A DNA stretch of 63,694 nucleotides from a virus. Taxonomy: Duplodnaviria; Caudoviricetes. The notes below the pieces were generated by a model. It worked only from the letters and a program-made list of their open reading frames with translations, was not told the DNA's origin and searched no databases. The translations under genes and the position numbers were made by a program. Positions 27,443 through 38,700 of this stretch are shown one piece after another. Position 1 is the first letter of the stretch; every line of letters starts with the position of its first letter. Location: the IMG/VR virus record IMGVR_UViG_3300047564_001096, positions 1 to 63,694 of that record. One strand, 5' to 3'.

Positions 27443-29650
27443 ATGCCATTACAAAAACTTCAATTTAGACCAGGACTTAACCGAGAAGGTACAGACTACT
27501 CCAACGAGGGTGGTTGGTACGATGCCGACAAAGTGCGCTTTCGTTCTGGTTTTCCTGAGAAGATTGGTGGTTGGAGCCGTATGGCTAATGCTCAATTCTT
27601 AGGGTTGGCGCGGTCTTTATGGAATTGGGTTACGTTAGCAGGATCTAATTATCTAGGTGTTGGTACAACTGTTAAGTACTATGTTGAGCAGGGTGGTACG
27701 TACAACGACATTACCCCCGTGGTAGTTACTTCAGCTAACGTAGCAAATGCTTTTGTAGCAACAAACGGCTCTAACGTAGTTACGGTTATTGACAGCACGT
27801 ATAACCCTGCCGTGGGGGATTACCTTACTATTTCTAGTGCGGCTAGTCTTGGTGGCGCTATAACGGCTACTGTTCTAAATAACGAGTTTGCTGTTAATTC
27901 TCTAGTTAATTCAACTGCTTATACTATTGTTGTCTCGGTTACTGCAGATGCTTCAGATACAGGCAACGGAGGTTCTGGCACCGACATTGCTTACCAACAA
28001 CCTATTGGTCTAAATACATACACTTTAGGTACTGGATGGGGCGCTGGACCTTGGCCCGTTACAGGCGTAACAACTAGCCTAACCGACCCATTTGCCACAA
28101 CCAATGCTAGTAACGTAGTTACAGTAACCCAGACAGCCCATGGTTTAACTAACGGCAAAGCAGTTATTTTTTCCAACGCTGCAAATACAGGTGGGGTTTC
28201 ATCTGTCCTTTTAAATACATTGTTCTACCCCACAGTTGCTAATGCCAACGCATACACTATTACGGTTCAGGCTAATGCAACATCTAACGTAGCTGCAGGT
28301 GGCGGTAACGTCATTGCCTATACCCAAACTGGTGTTCATGGTTGGGGTGATTCGTATCCTGCATCTAGTATTGGAGAACAGCTACGTCTTTGGACTAACG
28401 ACAACTACGGGCAAGACTTATTTATTGCTCCTCGTGGGGGGTCTATTTTTTACTGGATCCCAGCTGGAAGCGTCTATCCTAGTAACGCAGCGGGTGGTTT
28501 AACTACAAGAGCACAATTTCTTTCTGTTGAGTCTACCGCTGCTGGGTATGACGGTACAAGGGTACCAACCGCTACCTTTCAAGTTTTATCTTCAGCAATT
28601 CAACGTTTTGTTATTTGCATGGGTGCCAATCCATACGACCCAACAACAGCCGCTACAACCTTTGACCCAATGTTGGTGCGTTGGTCTGACCAAGAAAACC
28701 CCTATGAGTGGGTACCTGCAGTAACTAACCAATCAGGTGAATTTAGGTTGTCTAACGGCTCATTTATTATGGGTTCCCGTGCAACCCGCCAAGAAATTTT
28801 GGTATGGACAGATTCTGCTATTTACTCCATGCAATACCTAGGACCTCCTTATATTTGGGGCTTTCAGATCCTCATGGACAACATTTCAATTATGTCTCCA
28901 AACGCTATGATTACAGTCAATAACGTAACGTATTGGATGGGTGTTGATAAGTTTTATATGTACTCAGGTCGTGTTGAGACTTTGCCTTGCTCGCTCTGGC
29001 AATACACCTTTGAGGATATTAATAAAGAACAAGCCTTCCAAGTATTTTGTGGTGGCAACGAGAGCTACAATGAAGTATGGTGGTTCTACTGCTCACAGGG
29101 AAGTAACGTCATAAATAAGTACATTATTTACAACTACCTAGAGCGTACTTGGTACTACGGCACAATGGGGCGTACGGCTTGGCTAGACTCTGGCTTACGT
29201 CAATACCCTATGGCTGCTGACTACAACAACAGGATGCTATTCCATGAATCTGTGGTAGATGACGTATCAGGTACAAGCCCAGTGCCAATTAACGCTTATA
29301 TACAGTCTTCTGACTTTGATATTGGGGACGGGCATAACTTTGGGTTTGTCTGGCGCATCTTACCTGACGTAAACTTTAACGGCTCAAACGTCAATAACCC
29401 ATATGTAACAATGAGGGTTAAACCCCGTCAAAACTCTGGAGCGCCTTATGGTACGGCAGATAACCCAGAAGTAATTAGCGGGGATAACTTTTCTACCGCT
29501 TCTGTCTACAACATCCAAGAGTTTACTGGGCAGGTCTATACCCGCTTACGTGGTCGCCAGCTTGCCTTTAGGATTGAGTCGGATTCGCTGGGTGTGGCAT
29601 GGCAGTTAGGTAGCCCACGGATTGATATTCGCAACGACGGGCGTAGGTAA
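27443..29650 (+). CDS. Tail nozzle / DNA stabilisation protein (P22 gp10 / T7 gp12-like)
   Basis: 735-aa beta-rich protein with VRWSD motif, positioned before the ejection genes. Confidence 0.7.
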   Translation: MPLQKLQFRPGLNREGTDYSNEGGWYDADKVRFRSGFPEKIGGWSRMANAQFLGLARSLWNWVTLAGSNYLGVGTTVKYYVEQGGTYNDITPVVVTSANVANAFVATNGSNVVTVIDSTYNPAVGDYLTISSAASLGGAITATVLNNEFAVNSLVNSTAYTIVVSVTADASDTGNGGSGTDIAYQQPIGLNTYTLGTGWGAGPWPVTGVTTSLTDPFATTNASNVVTVTQTAHGLTNGKAVIFSNAANTGGVSSVLLNTLFYPTVANANAYTITVQANATSNVAAGGGNVIAYTQTGVHGWGDSYPASSIGEQLRLWTNDNYGQDLFIAPRGGSIFYWIPAGSVYPSNAAGGLTTRAQFLSVESTAAGYDGTRVPTATFQVLSSAIQRFVICMGANPYDPTTAATTFDPMLVRWSDQENPYEWVPAVTNQSGEFRLSNGSFIMGSRATRQEILVWTDSAIYSMQYLGPPYIWGFQILMDNISIMSPNAMITVNNVTYWMGVDKFYMYSGRVETLPCSLWQYTFEDINKEQAFQVFCGGNESYNEVWWFYCSQGSNVINKYIIYNYLERTWYYGTMGRTAWLDSGLRQYPMAADYNNRMLFHESVVDDVSGTSPVPINAYIQSSDFDIGDGHNFGFVWRILPDVNFNGSNVNNPYVTMRVKPRQNSGAPYGTADNPEVISGDNFSTASVYNIQEFTGQVYTRLRGRQLAFRIESDSLGVAWQLGSPRIDIRNDGRR

Positions 29651-30348
29651 TGGCAGTCAACCCCCAGATTAAGACCCTAGACCTTAGACCGCCAAAAGCG
29701 CCTAACTTACCCATTGCGCCTGTAGATTATCGCCAGCAGTACCAAGATCAGTTATTAAATGCTCTACGCCTATACTTTAACCAGATAGATAACTTTGGGT
29801 TTGGTTTATTAAATACATCAGGCGGAGGTGGAATTAGCTTTCCTTATATTGCTGCGTCTGATAATACCGATCAGCTTGCCACTGCTACAAACACTCCTAC
29901 AATAGTTACATGGAACACGTTAGATAGTGGCAACGGGTTTACTTTAGCTGCTCCTGGAACTGCTACCGCCGAAGTATCTGGGATCTACAAGATTACATAT
30001 AGCCTTCAGCTTGCTAATACAGACAATGCCCAGCATGACGCAGCGGTATGGTTAAAGATAAATAACAGCAATGTAGCCAATTCTACGACTCTATTTACTG
30101 TACCAGCCCGCAAAAGCGCTGGAGTGTTTAGCTATGTCTGTGCCTACTCCGAGGTGGTGTTTTCAATAAATGCTGGGGATGAGATAGAACTGTACTGGGC
30201 AACTAACCAAGCCTACGATACTTCTCCCGCAACGGACGGTATTTATATAGAACATTTAGCCGCACAAAGTAGCCCGTATGTTAGACCAGCCACACCATCT
30301 GCATTAGGCTCAATAACCTTTGTTTCAAGACTACCAACAAACACATAA
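29650..30348 (+). CDS. Tail-associated protein
   Basis: PNLP..P..Y...LRLYFNQ N-terminus and C1q/BclA-like C-terminal domain. Confidence 0.7.
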   Translation: MAVNPQIKTLDLRPPKAPNLPIAPVDYRQQYQDQLLNALRLYFNQIDNFGFGLLNTSGGGGISFPYIAASDNTDQLATATNTPTIVTWNTLDSGNGFTLAAPGTATAEVSGIYKITYSLQLANTDNAQHDAAVWLKINNSNVANSTTLFTVPARKSAGVFSYVCAYSEVVFSINAGDEIELYWATNQAYDTSPATDGIYIEHLAAQSSPYVRPATPSALGSITFVSRLPTNT

Positions 30349-30350
30349 CG

Positions 30351-30857
30351 ATGACAACATCTATACAAAATACTCCAAACAAGGTAAAGTTCAGACAGGA
30401 TGTTTTAGCTGTTGAACAGGGCCTTAAAGATAAGGTTGCGTCAGGAGAAATAGTTCCAGATGATAGCCCTTTAAAGCATTACTTTTCACCAGTAGACGAG
30501 AAATACGGTTGTTGCACTTATGCTAGAGAAATTCTTTTACGAAAAGGAAGTTTAGTTATAGGTAAAATACACAAACATCAGCACTTAAACATTATCTCTA
30601 AAGGTAAAGTTACGGTGTTTACCGAGTTTGGCAAAAAGGAATTAGAGGGGCCTTGTACATTTGTATCAGAAGTAGGTCTAAAACGTGCCGTATATGCACA
30701 CGAAGATACCATCTGGACAACTATACATTTAACTGCCCATGTGGGCGAAGAGAATTTAGACAAAGTTGAAGACGAAGTCATAGCGCCAGATTATGGTGAT
30801 TTGGGTTTGATAGCGTCTGTCAATGACTTAGTTGGGATTGAGGGAGAAAAACTATGA
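30351..30857 (+). CDS. Cupin-fold-like protein
   Basis: GKIHKHQH...G.V.V...KRAVYAHED. Confidence 0.6.
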   Translation: MTTSIQNTPNKVKFRQDVLAVEQGLKDKVASGEIVPDDSPLKHYFSPVDEKYGCCTYAREILLRKGSLVIGKIHKHQHLNIISKGKVTVFTEFGKKELEGPCTFVSEVGLKRAVYAHEDTIWTTIHLTAHVGEENLDKVEDEVIAPDYGDLGLIASVNDLVGIEGEKL

Positions 30858-32632
30858 CTTGGGTAGCCGTCGGTACAGCAGCAGCTATTGGTGCAGGTGT
30901 AGGCGCAGGAAGCGCCGCAATTCAAGGTAAAGATACTGATGAAATTTTAGAAGGTGCTCTTATCGGTGGCGCTACAGGTGCTGTAACAGGAGGCGCTGGT
31001 GCGGCTTTTGGCGGCAGTGCAGCTAGTACTGTTGGTACTGAACTTGGTAAAGAAGCCGTTACCGAAGTTGGAAAAGAAGCAGCTACTCAAGCAGTTCAAG
31101 AAGGGATTAAAGAAGGTGCTACCCAAGTTTTAGCTGAGGCTGCTCCACAAGCTATCCAAGAATCTGCGGTTAATCAAGGTATTTTGCAGGCTGGTGCTAC
31201 CCCTGCTGGTGCTATTCCCCCACCTCCTGCTGGTTCTGTGCCATTAATTCCTGCTGGCACTACCCCTGCTGGTGCTATTCCTCCTCCCGCCGCTGGTTTG
31301 GAACAAGTTGGTCCTAGCCAGGCAGAAATAAACGCAATTAATCAAGGCAATGCTGATTCTATAGCTGCACGAGGTACAGGTACACAAGTAGCTGGTCCTG
31401 CTATGAATATTGAGCCAGCTGGTGTTTCTCCTTCTGCTGCCCAAATGAATTTCTATACTGGAACTTCTGAAGGTCCTCAGACTTTTTCTGAGATGCCAGA
31501 CTTTCGTGAAGCGTATTCGGCAAAAGATTCTGTGGGATTTAAGGACGAGGCAGAATTACTAAACGCTCCAGAAACTAATCCATTCTTGCAAGGTGTTAAA
31601 GATGTAGGAAGCTGGATGAACGCTAATAAAGGCTATACAGCTGCTGGCGCTTATTTAGGTTTACAGTCTATGGGCGCTTTTAACCAAAATTCAGCTAGTA
31701 GACCGCCAGAAAAAAGACAGTTTAATAACCCATATAGACTTTCGCCTGATTTTAAAGGTGGTCCATATAGCGAACCTAATGTTTATAAGCCTAAAACTTA
31801 TAACTACGCTTCGGGCGGAATTACTTCCTTGCAAGGCGGTGGTGGTCCTGTAGAGCGTATGAGCCAAATGAACACGGCTATGAACCCTCAAGGTGGTATG
31901 TACCCTATGGGAATGATTGATAAGACTCAATATGCTACCCCAACCCAGCGCCCAGTAAGCGCTGAAATGGTTTCTGCAGCTCCTGCTTATGAACGGTCTA
32001 ACCCCATGCTTATGGCTTCTGGCGGGATTGCTAGATATGCTGAAGGTGAAGAAGTTGAAGAACGTCCTACCCGTCGTTATCGTGGCGATTTAATGGGTAC
32101 TTTAGATAAGTACAACGAGATGATTGGAGGCAGTAAAAAAATGTCTGGGCCTCCCGCAACTGATGTTGGTATTGTTAGTGATACTGACCCAGATACAAGA
32201 CTTCAAGACGCTTACACTGCGGCGTTAACTAGACTAAAGAAAACTGGTAAACGAGCTAATGTTGGTATTGCTGCTCTTCCCGCTGGCGTTCAAGCTGGCG
32301 CTTTAAACATGTCAACACAACAAGCCGCTGGCGGTGGGATCATGCAAGCTAACCTAGGTAGCTACGCCGCAGGTGGTAATCCCCGTCTATTGCGTGGACC
32401 TGGTGATGGCATGAGCGATAACATCCCAGCTACTATTGGTGGTAAACAGCCAGCTAGACTTGCGGACGGTGAGTTTGTAGTTCCTGCTGACGTGGTTTCC
32501 CATCTAGGTAATGGCTCTACGGATGCTGGCGCTAAGAAGTTACATGCCATGATGGATAAAGTACGTATGGACAGAACAGGTAAGAAGAAGCAAGCTCCAG
32601 CCGTTAAAGCAAAAAAGTACATACCTAAATGA
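30854..32632 (+). CDS. Internal virion/ejection protein
   Basis: Ala/Gly N-terminal helices; GPGDGMSD.IPA...LADGEFV motif. Confidence 0.65.
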   Translation: MTWVAVGTAAAIGAGVGAGSAAIQGKDTDEILEGALIGGATGAVTGGAGAAFGGSAASTVGTELGKEAVTEVGKEAATQAVQEGIKEGATQVLAEAAPQAIQESAVNQGILQAGATPAGAIPPPPAGSVPLIPAGTTPAGAIPPPAAGLEQVGPSQAEINAINQGNADSIAARGTGTQVAGPAMNIEPAGVSPSAAQMNFYTGTSEGPQTFSEMPDFREAYSAKDSVGFKDEAELLNAPETNPFLQGVKDVGSWMNANKGYTAAGAYLGLQSMGAFNQNSASRPPEKRQFNNPYRLSPDFKGGPYSEPNVYKPKTYNYASGGITSLQGGGGPVERMSQMNTAMNPQGGMYPMGMIDKTQYATPTQRPVSAEMVSAAPAYERSNPMLMASGGIARYAEGEEVEERPTRRYRGDLMGTLDKYNEMIGGSKKMSGPPATDVGIVSDTDPDTRLQDAYTAALTRLKKTGKRANVGIAALPAGVQAGALNMSTQQAAGGGIMQANLGSYAAGGNPRLLRGPGDGMSDNIPATIGGKQPARLADGEFVVPADVVSHLGNGSTDAGAKKLHAMMDKVRMDRTGKKKQAPAVKAKKYIPK

Positions 32633-33045
32633 CATATAAAGTTCAGCCTGTACCGACTCAGTTAGTTAACCAACTTTGGTCTAAGGTTGAGCCGTTTATT
32701 AAAAGTGCTGAAGAAAAGTTTGGCGGTTCAGAGTACACAACCGAACAGATAAAAGTATATTTAGTGACAGGACAGATGATGTTATTAGTGGCAACAGATG
32801 ACAACTCGGAAATACACGGTGCCGCTACGGTATCATTTATTAACTATCCTAACGACAGAGTTGCGTTTGTTACCTCAATAGGTGGAAAATTAGTAACAAG
32901 CCCAGAGACTTTTACGCAGATGTCTGAAGTATTTAAAGCTAATGGGGCTACTAAGATTCAAGGGGCTGCCAAAGAAGCAGTGGCAAGATTATGGAAACGT
33001 TTTGGCTTTGAAGAGAAAGCCATTTTAGTGGAAGTTAAATTATGA
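32629..33045 (+). CDS. GNAT-like small protein in the ejection region
   Basis: VARLWKRFGF motif; synteny. Confidence 0.55.
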   Translation: MTYKVQPVPTQLVNQLWSKVEPFIKSAEEKFGGSEYTTEQIKVYLVTGQMMLLVATDDNSEIHGAATVSFINYPNDRVAFVTSIGGKLVTSPETFTQMSEVFKANGATKIQGAAKEAVARLWKRFGFEEKAILVEVKL

Positions 33046-35783
33046 ATATTATTAAGTTCTTCAAGTGGTTGTTACTTGACCAGTTTATGCTCGGCTTCGG
33101 TGGCGGAGGTGGTGGCGGGCAACAACAACCATCAACTACATATTCTCAAACTTCTAACATTCCAGAATACGCTCAGCCTTATGTTGAGACAATGCTTGGC
33201 GCTACCCAAAGACAGTTGTTTAATATGGGCGGTGAAGGTGGCAAAGATATTACGGGCTTTAAACCATACCAACCATATAGTACTAACGTAAATGATTATG
33301 TAGCAGGATTCCAACCGCTTCAGCAACAAGCTATGGCAGCTACTGGGCAATTACAAGTTCCAGGTCAGTACGGTCAAGCTTCTCAAATGACTGAAACCGC
33401 TGGCTTAGGTTCATTAGGTTTAGCAAGTCAAATGGCTGGTGCAGGTTCTGACTATGCCAGAATGGCTACAGATCCTACCGCTATGCAAGGTTACATGTCT
33501 CCTTATATGCAAAGCGTTGTTGATTACCAAAAGTCTCAAGCATTGCGTGATTACAACCTTGGTACAGGAGTACGTAAAGCCCAAGCTGTAGGCTCTAACG
33601 CGTTTGGTGGTAATCGTCAAGCTTTGATGGAAGCAGAAGCTCAACGTTCTTTAGGTAATCAATTACAAGGAATTACCGCTACAGGTTCACAAAAAGCATT
33701 TGAAGATGCTCAGCGCCAGCAACAGTTTGGTGCTCAGTTAGGTATGCAAGGGCGACAAGCTGCATTGCAAGGCGTTGGTCAATATGGTCAGATGGCTGGT
33801 CAGTTAGGTCAATTAGGTGGTCAAGAACTTGCTGCTAGACAAGGCATTATTCAGACACAGTATGGTATGGGTCAGCAACAGCAAGCTATGGAACAACAGA
33901 AGATTAACCAAGCTATGCAAGACTGGGCTAATACCCAACAGTACCCACTTATGCAGTTGGGTGTTATGTCTAACATGCTTCGTGGTCTTCCAATGCAGTC
34001 GTCTACCACTAACCAATATCAAGCTGCTCCTAATGCGCTTACGCAAGGTATTGGCGCTGCTGGTGCTGGTGCGTCTTTATATAATGCGCTTAGAGGCAAA
34101 GAAGGTGGTCTTCCCAGTGAGTTTGAATCTTCTAAAACTGGTATCAAGTCTTACTATGAGGGTGATGTTGTTGAGAGCACCAAGGCTGACTTGTACGACC
34201 TACCATTAGATGAGTTAGATAAACGCGCTAAAAATTCTACTAGCCCTACTATTAAACGCTTGGCTACTGCAATTGCTAAAGAAAAACGCATGGGCTTAGC
34301 TGGCGGTGGCATTATTGCGTTTTCTAACCCTAATGAAGCTAATAATCAAGGCGTTGTTAAAGAAGACCCAGAGTTAGTACGCCAAGCGTATATTGACGCT
34401 GCAAACTTACAAGCTGCTGATTTGCCCCCTGCTCCAACTGCAGCGCCAGATGCAGGTATTGGTCGTGGTCGTGGATCAGGTATGGGTCCAGGCACTTCTA
34501 GATTTAAAACTTCTGAGCAAAACGTACAAGATATAAGAATTGGTAGAGGCGGCATTAAACCTGAAGTAAGCCCACGCGTTGCTGCTGCAAGAGCATATGA
34601 GGCAAACCAATCACGCGTAATAGGCGCAGATCAGTTAAACGCAGAAACAAGACAATCTGAGGCTGATTACGAAGCCGCTAGACCCAAACCTCCCGTTGCT
34701 CCAGCTGCTCCTCCTGCTGGTATTAAAGCCGCTGCACCTGCTCCTGCTCCTGCTGGTATTAAACCCGCCGCTGCTCCTGGTGCTGCACCCGCTGCCGTTG
34801 TTTCTACTGGTAATAAAATTTCAGGCAGTTCAATAGCAGCAGAATATGGTTTAGAGCCTCCTGCCGATGACCCACGGGCTAAGATGTCTACAGCGGAATT
34901 AGCTAAAGAAAAATTGGCATTTTTAGGTCCAGATGTTAGAAAAGAAGAACGTGCAGGATTAATGGCAGAACGTGCTAGTGCTAAAGACGAAGCTCGCCGC
35001 GCACAATCATTACGTTTTGCTGAGTTTTTTGCTGATTGGGGTTCAAAACCTGGCGGCACTATTAAAGCTGGTTTAGATGCGCTTAAAGAAAAAGTTCCTA
35101 GTCTTGTTACTGATGCAAGAAAAGCATCTGAAATTCGCAGAGCCATTAACAAAGACATAGCTGGATTAGATAAAGCTGACCGTTTAGAAAAAGCTGGCGC
35201 TTGGGACGAAGCCGCTAAACTTAAGAGTGAATTAGGTAAAGACGGAAGAAAAACTTACGGTGACCAATTAAATTTCTTATCTGCTCGTTTGACTGATCGG
35301 TCTAGAGAAAAAACTTCTTTAGCATCTGACCAGTCTAGAGAAACAGTTGCTCGAATTGGTCAAACTAGTAAAGAAAACGCTGCTGATACTAAAGACATAA
35401 GATTTTATGAAGCAGAAATAGGTAAAGAAGACAAAAAATATAATGAGTTGACAGCAGGTAAAAATACTCCTTATGTAATAGATCAAAGACTTATTGATCG
35501 TAATAAAGAAAAAGCTGCAAAAGGTGAACTATCACCAGCTATGAAAACTCAATATGATGCAGCTGTAATACGAAACGCTACTATAGATAATGAATATAAA
35601 ACTCGTAGAGCAGAATTAGTAGCAGCGCGTGATAAAGCTAAAGGTACTTCTGCTGCCCCTGCACCTACTAAAACTGAATTACCGCCAGGTGCTATACCAG
35701 GATCTAAAATAGTAGGAACAGCTAAAGGTACTGGAGAGCAAGTCTACGAAGCACCAGACGGTAAAAGATACACGCTTAAATAA
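33042..35783 (+). CDS. Internal virion/DNA ejection protein
   Basis: Gln/Gly-rich; YMSPYMQSV..AFGG.R motif. Confidence 0.7.
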   Translation: MNIIKFFKWLLLDQFMLGFGGGGGGGQQQPSTTYSQTSNIPEYAQPYVETMLGATQRQLFNMGGEGGKDITGFKPYQPYSTNVNDYVAGFQPLQQQAMAATGQLQVPGQYGQASQMTETAGLGSLGLASQMAGAGSDYARMATDPTAMQGYMSPYMQSVVDYQKSQALRDYNLGTGVRKAQAVGSNAFGGNRQALMEAEAQRSLGNQLQGITATGSQKAFEDAQRQQQFGAQLGMQGRQAALQGVGQYGQMAGQLGQLGGQELAARQGIIQTQYGMGQQQQAMEQQKINQAMQDWANTQQYPLMQLGVMSNMLRGLPMQSSTTNQYQAAPNALTQGIGAAGAGASLYNALRGKEGGLPSEFESSKTGIKSYYEGDVVESTKADLYDLPLDELDKRAKNSTSPTIKRLATAIAKEKRMGLAGGGIIAFSNPNEANNQGVVKEDPELVRQAYIDAANLQAADLPPAPTAAPDAGIGRGRGSGMGPGTSRFKTSEQNVQDIRIGRGGIKPEVSPRVAAARAYEANQSRVIGADQLNAETRQSEADYEAARPKPPVAPAAPPAGIKAAAPAPAPAGIKPAAAPGAAPAAVVSTGNKISGSSIAAEYGLEPPADDPRAKMSTAELAKEKLAFLGPDVRKEERAGLMAERASAKDEARRAQSLRFAEFFADWGSKPGGTIKAGLDALKEKVPSLVTDARKASEIRRAINKDIAGLDKADRLEKAGAWDEAAKLKSELGKDGRKTYGDQLNFLSARLTDRSREKTSLASDQSRETVARIGQTSKENAADTKDIRFYEAEIGKEDKKYNELTAGKNTPYVIDQRLIDRNKEKAAKGELSPAMKTQYDAAVIRNATIDNEYKTRRAELVAARDKAKGTSAAPAPTKTELPPGAIPGSKIVGTAKGTGEQVYEAPDGKRYTLK

Positions 35784-35792
35784 GGACTGACT

Positions 35793-38700
35793 GTGGCTAT
35801 AAAAGAATTTACTGGCGAATTAGAACCAGTTAAACCTAGCAGGTTAGTTGAATTTACTGGAGAGTTAGAAAAACCAGAAGAAGTTAAACCTGTAAAACCT
35901 GCGAGTTTTTCTGCTAAAGATACCGCTATTGCTTTAGGGCAAGGTATTGTTGGTGCTGGTAAATCTTTAACCGATGTGTTTGGTGCTGAGAACGTAGCTT
36001 CTAGAAAGCTAGGTGAGGTATCTAAAACGCTAGGGGAACAAATCTCTCCAGAGCGCCAAGCAGAAATGCAACGGCGCCAAGTTCTACAAGAAAAAGCTTC
36101 TAAAGGTACTTTAACTGAAGAAATTAGCGCTTACTTAGGTGGCGTAACTGAAGCCCCAGTCCAAGCTCTTGCACAAGGTTTAGGTTCAATCGTGCCATAC
36201 ATTGGCACAGGAATTATTGGCGGAATTGCTAAATTAGGTGGAGCAACAATCACGGCTTTAAATACTGTGGTAGGTGCGGCTCAAGGCGCTGGTTCTATTA
36301 AGGGTTCTTTATACGACAGCGTTAAACAAGAATTAGAGAAGTCAGGAATGAGTCCCAAAGAAGCTGCAGCTAAAGCTTCTAAAGCCCAAGAGTATCTTGG
36401 AGAAAACTTCTTAGACATAGCTGGTGGCTCTGCATTAGGTGGCGTAGGCGCTAGGTTTGGTGTTGAGAAACTATTGCAAAGAGGCGCTGCTGATAAGTTA
36501 AGCCCTAGTTTAATACCCCGTGTTGGTAAGGCAGCGTTGGCTGAAGCCCCATTAGAAGGAGCACAAGGTGCTCAAGAACAGTTAGCAATTAACCGTGCCC
36601 TACAAAAACAAGGTTTTGATGTTGATACATTCCAAGGCGTAGCAGGTGCTGCTGCTCGTGACGCAGCTGTTGGTGCTTTAACTGGCGCCGCAGTAGGTGT
36701 TCGTGGACCAAGCTCAGTTGCAGAAACACCGCCGCCTCCTACTACAGAACCTGGCAAAGAAACTACAACTGCGCCTCCCCCTGTACCGCCAGTAACACCG
36801 CCTACTACAGATGCTGCTACTGAAGCTCTTTTGGCTTCTACTATTGACCCCGTTACTGGACAGTTTGTACAACAGTTTGCTACTCCATCAGCAACAGAAA
36901 CGCCTGTTATAGCCGAAGCAGATAAGCAAGCCGCTATTAAAAAGGTTTCTGAACTAGAAATTGATAATGCTAGGATTCAAGCTAAATTAGCTGCTGGCGA
37001 ATACAAAGCGCCACAAGCAAAAGCTGCTGCACAAAACAAATTAGCAAAACAACAAGCACTCATTGATGAACTTAAAACACAAATAGGAGGTCAAGATGCT
37101 TTTCAACAGACTAACGCTGGAACAAGTGGAGTTGGCGCTGGAATACCTGGAGGATCCGCAACAACTGGAGCCGCCGCAGGAGCTACAGATACTGGACTTG
37201 GACGACCTGGAGTGGACAGCGATCAGGGTCTTGAATCAGCACCTCAAGACGGAGAGAGCGCACAGCAGCCTACATTAGATATAAATCAACTAGATGAAAT
37301 AGAGCTAGCTCGGTTACAAGAGTTAGCAGATGCTAGAGAAGCTGGTTATAACATTGATGCAGAGTTAGTTAATTTAGGCAATCAAGTTCAAGAAAGATTA
37401 GCTACTACAACAGAAGTAATTGACGAACAAGCATTAGCCGACCAAGAAGCTAAAGCCGCTGCCGCAGCAGAAGCATCACGCCTAGCTGAAGAACAAAGAT
37501 TAGCTACAGAAGCTCAAGCCCAAGCCGCAGAACAAGCACGCTTAGCTGAAGAACAGAGATTAGCCGCAGAACAACAAGCTGCGTTAGAAGCAGAGCAAGC
37601 TGCATTAAATGAAGAAGCTGCCGCTGAGTTAGCTGGTGAAGTAACACCTCCTACCGTTACACCCTCTACCGTTACACCCTCTACCGTTACACCCCCTACC
37701 GTTACACCCCCTACCGTTACACCCCCTACCGTTACACCTACCAAACCTCCTGTAGTTGAAGAGTTTACTGGTGAGTTAGACGAAGAAACACCACAGGGTG
37801 CAATAGAAACTAAAGTAAAAGCCTTTGAAGACATCCGTAAGCTATTGGCGTTTCCTGAAAAATTAGGCACTTTAGATAAAAAAGCAAAAACACCTGGCGT
37901 ACAGGGCGAAGTAATTAAGGAAGAGAAAGTAGCCAAACCAATTAAATGGCGTGGCAAGAAGGGTACTAAAACCGAAAACCCATCGCCTTATAACTTCTTA
38001 AACGAAAACGGCTACTACTCTGATAAGTCCCCAGAACAAATTGCAGAGCAAAGCACGGCTATTGCAGCTAAAGACAAAAAAGCTACCGTTAAAAATGCCG
38101 TAGAAGCTGGCGTTGAATCCGCTGCCTTTGATGAGGCTTACGACTTGTATGACAGCATTGCTTACGACGAAAAGGTATTGCCAGAAATCAAACAAGTAAT
38201 GGCTCAGCGTCAAGCTGCTAAAGATGCAGAAGTAGATGCGCTTAACGAAGAACGTAAAGCTAATCGTGAAGCTAAACGGGCGCAAATGACTCGTGATGGC
38301 AAGAGCGAAAAAGTCATTAAAGAAGCTTTATCTGTAATTAAGAACGTACGAAAAGTTAAATACCAAGAGACTAAGCCGCTTGAGTTTATGTCTGAGCAAG
38401 AAGTATTAGATCTGTTTAAAAAGAATATTGGTACTAAGACTGAAAAACAGATGGCAAAAGAAGGCGGTCAGGCTAGGATAGATGCTGCTAAAAATAGAAA
38501 CGCTTTTGTAGACGTACTAAACCCTAACGATAAAATTAAGTTCAGCATGATGGCTGAATCCATACTTGATATGGAGATTATCTCGGCTGTCCAGGACAAT
38601 AAGGTTACTACTGCTGGCGACAGGCGCACTGAAAATTACAGAAAGAAACAAGAAAAGAAAGTCATTAGCGAAGTTGAACAGCAACTTAAAGACGCTGAGA

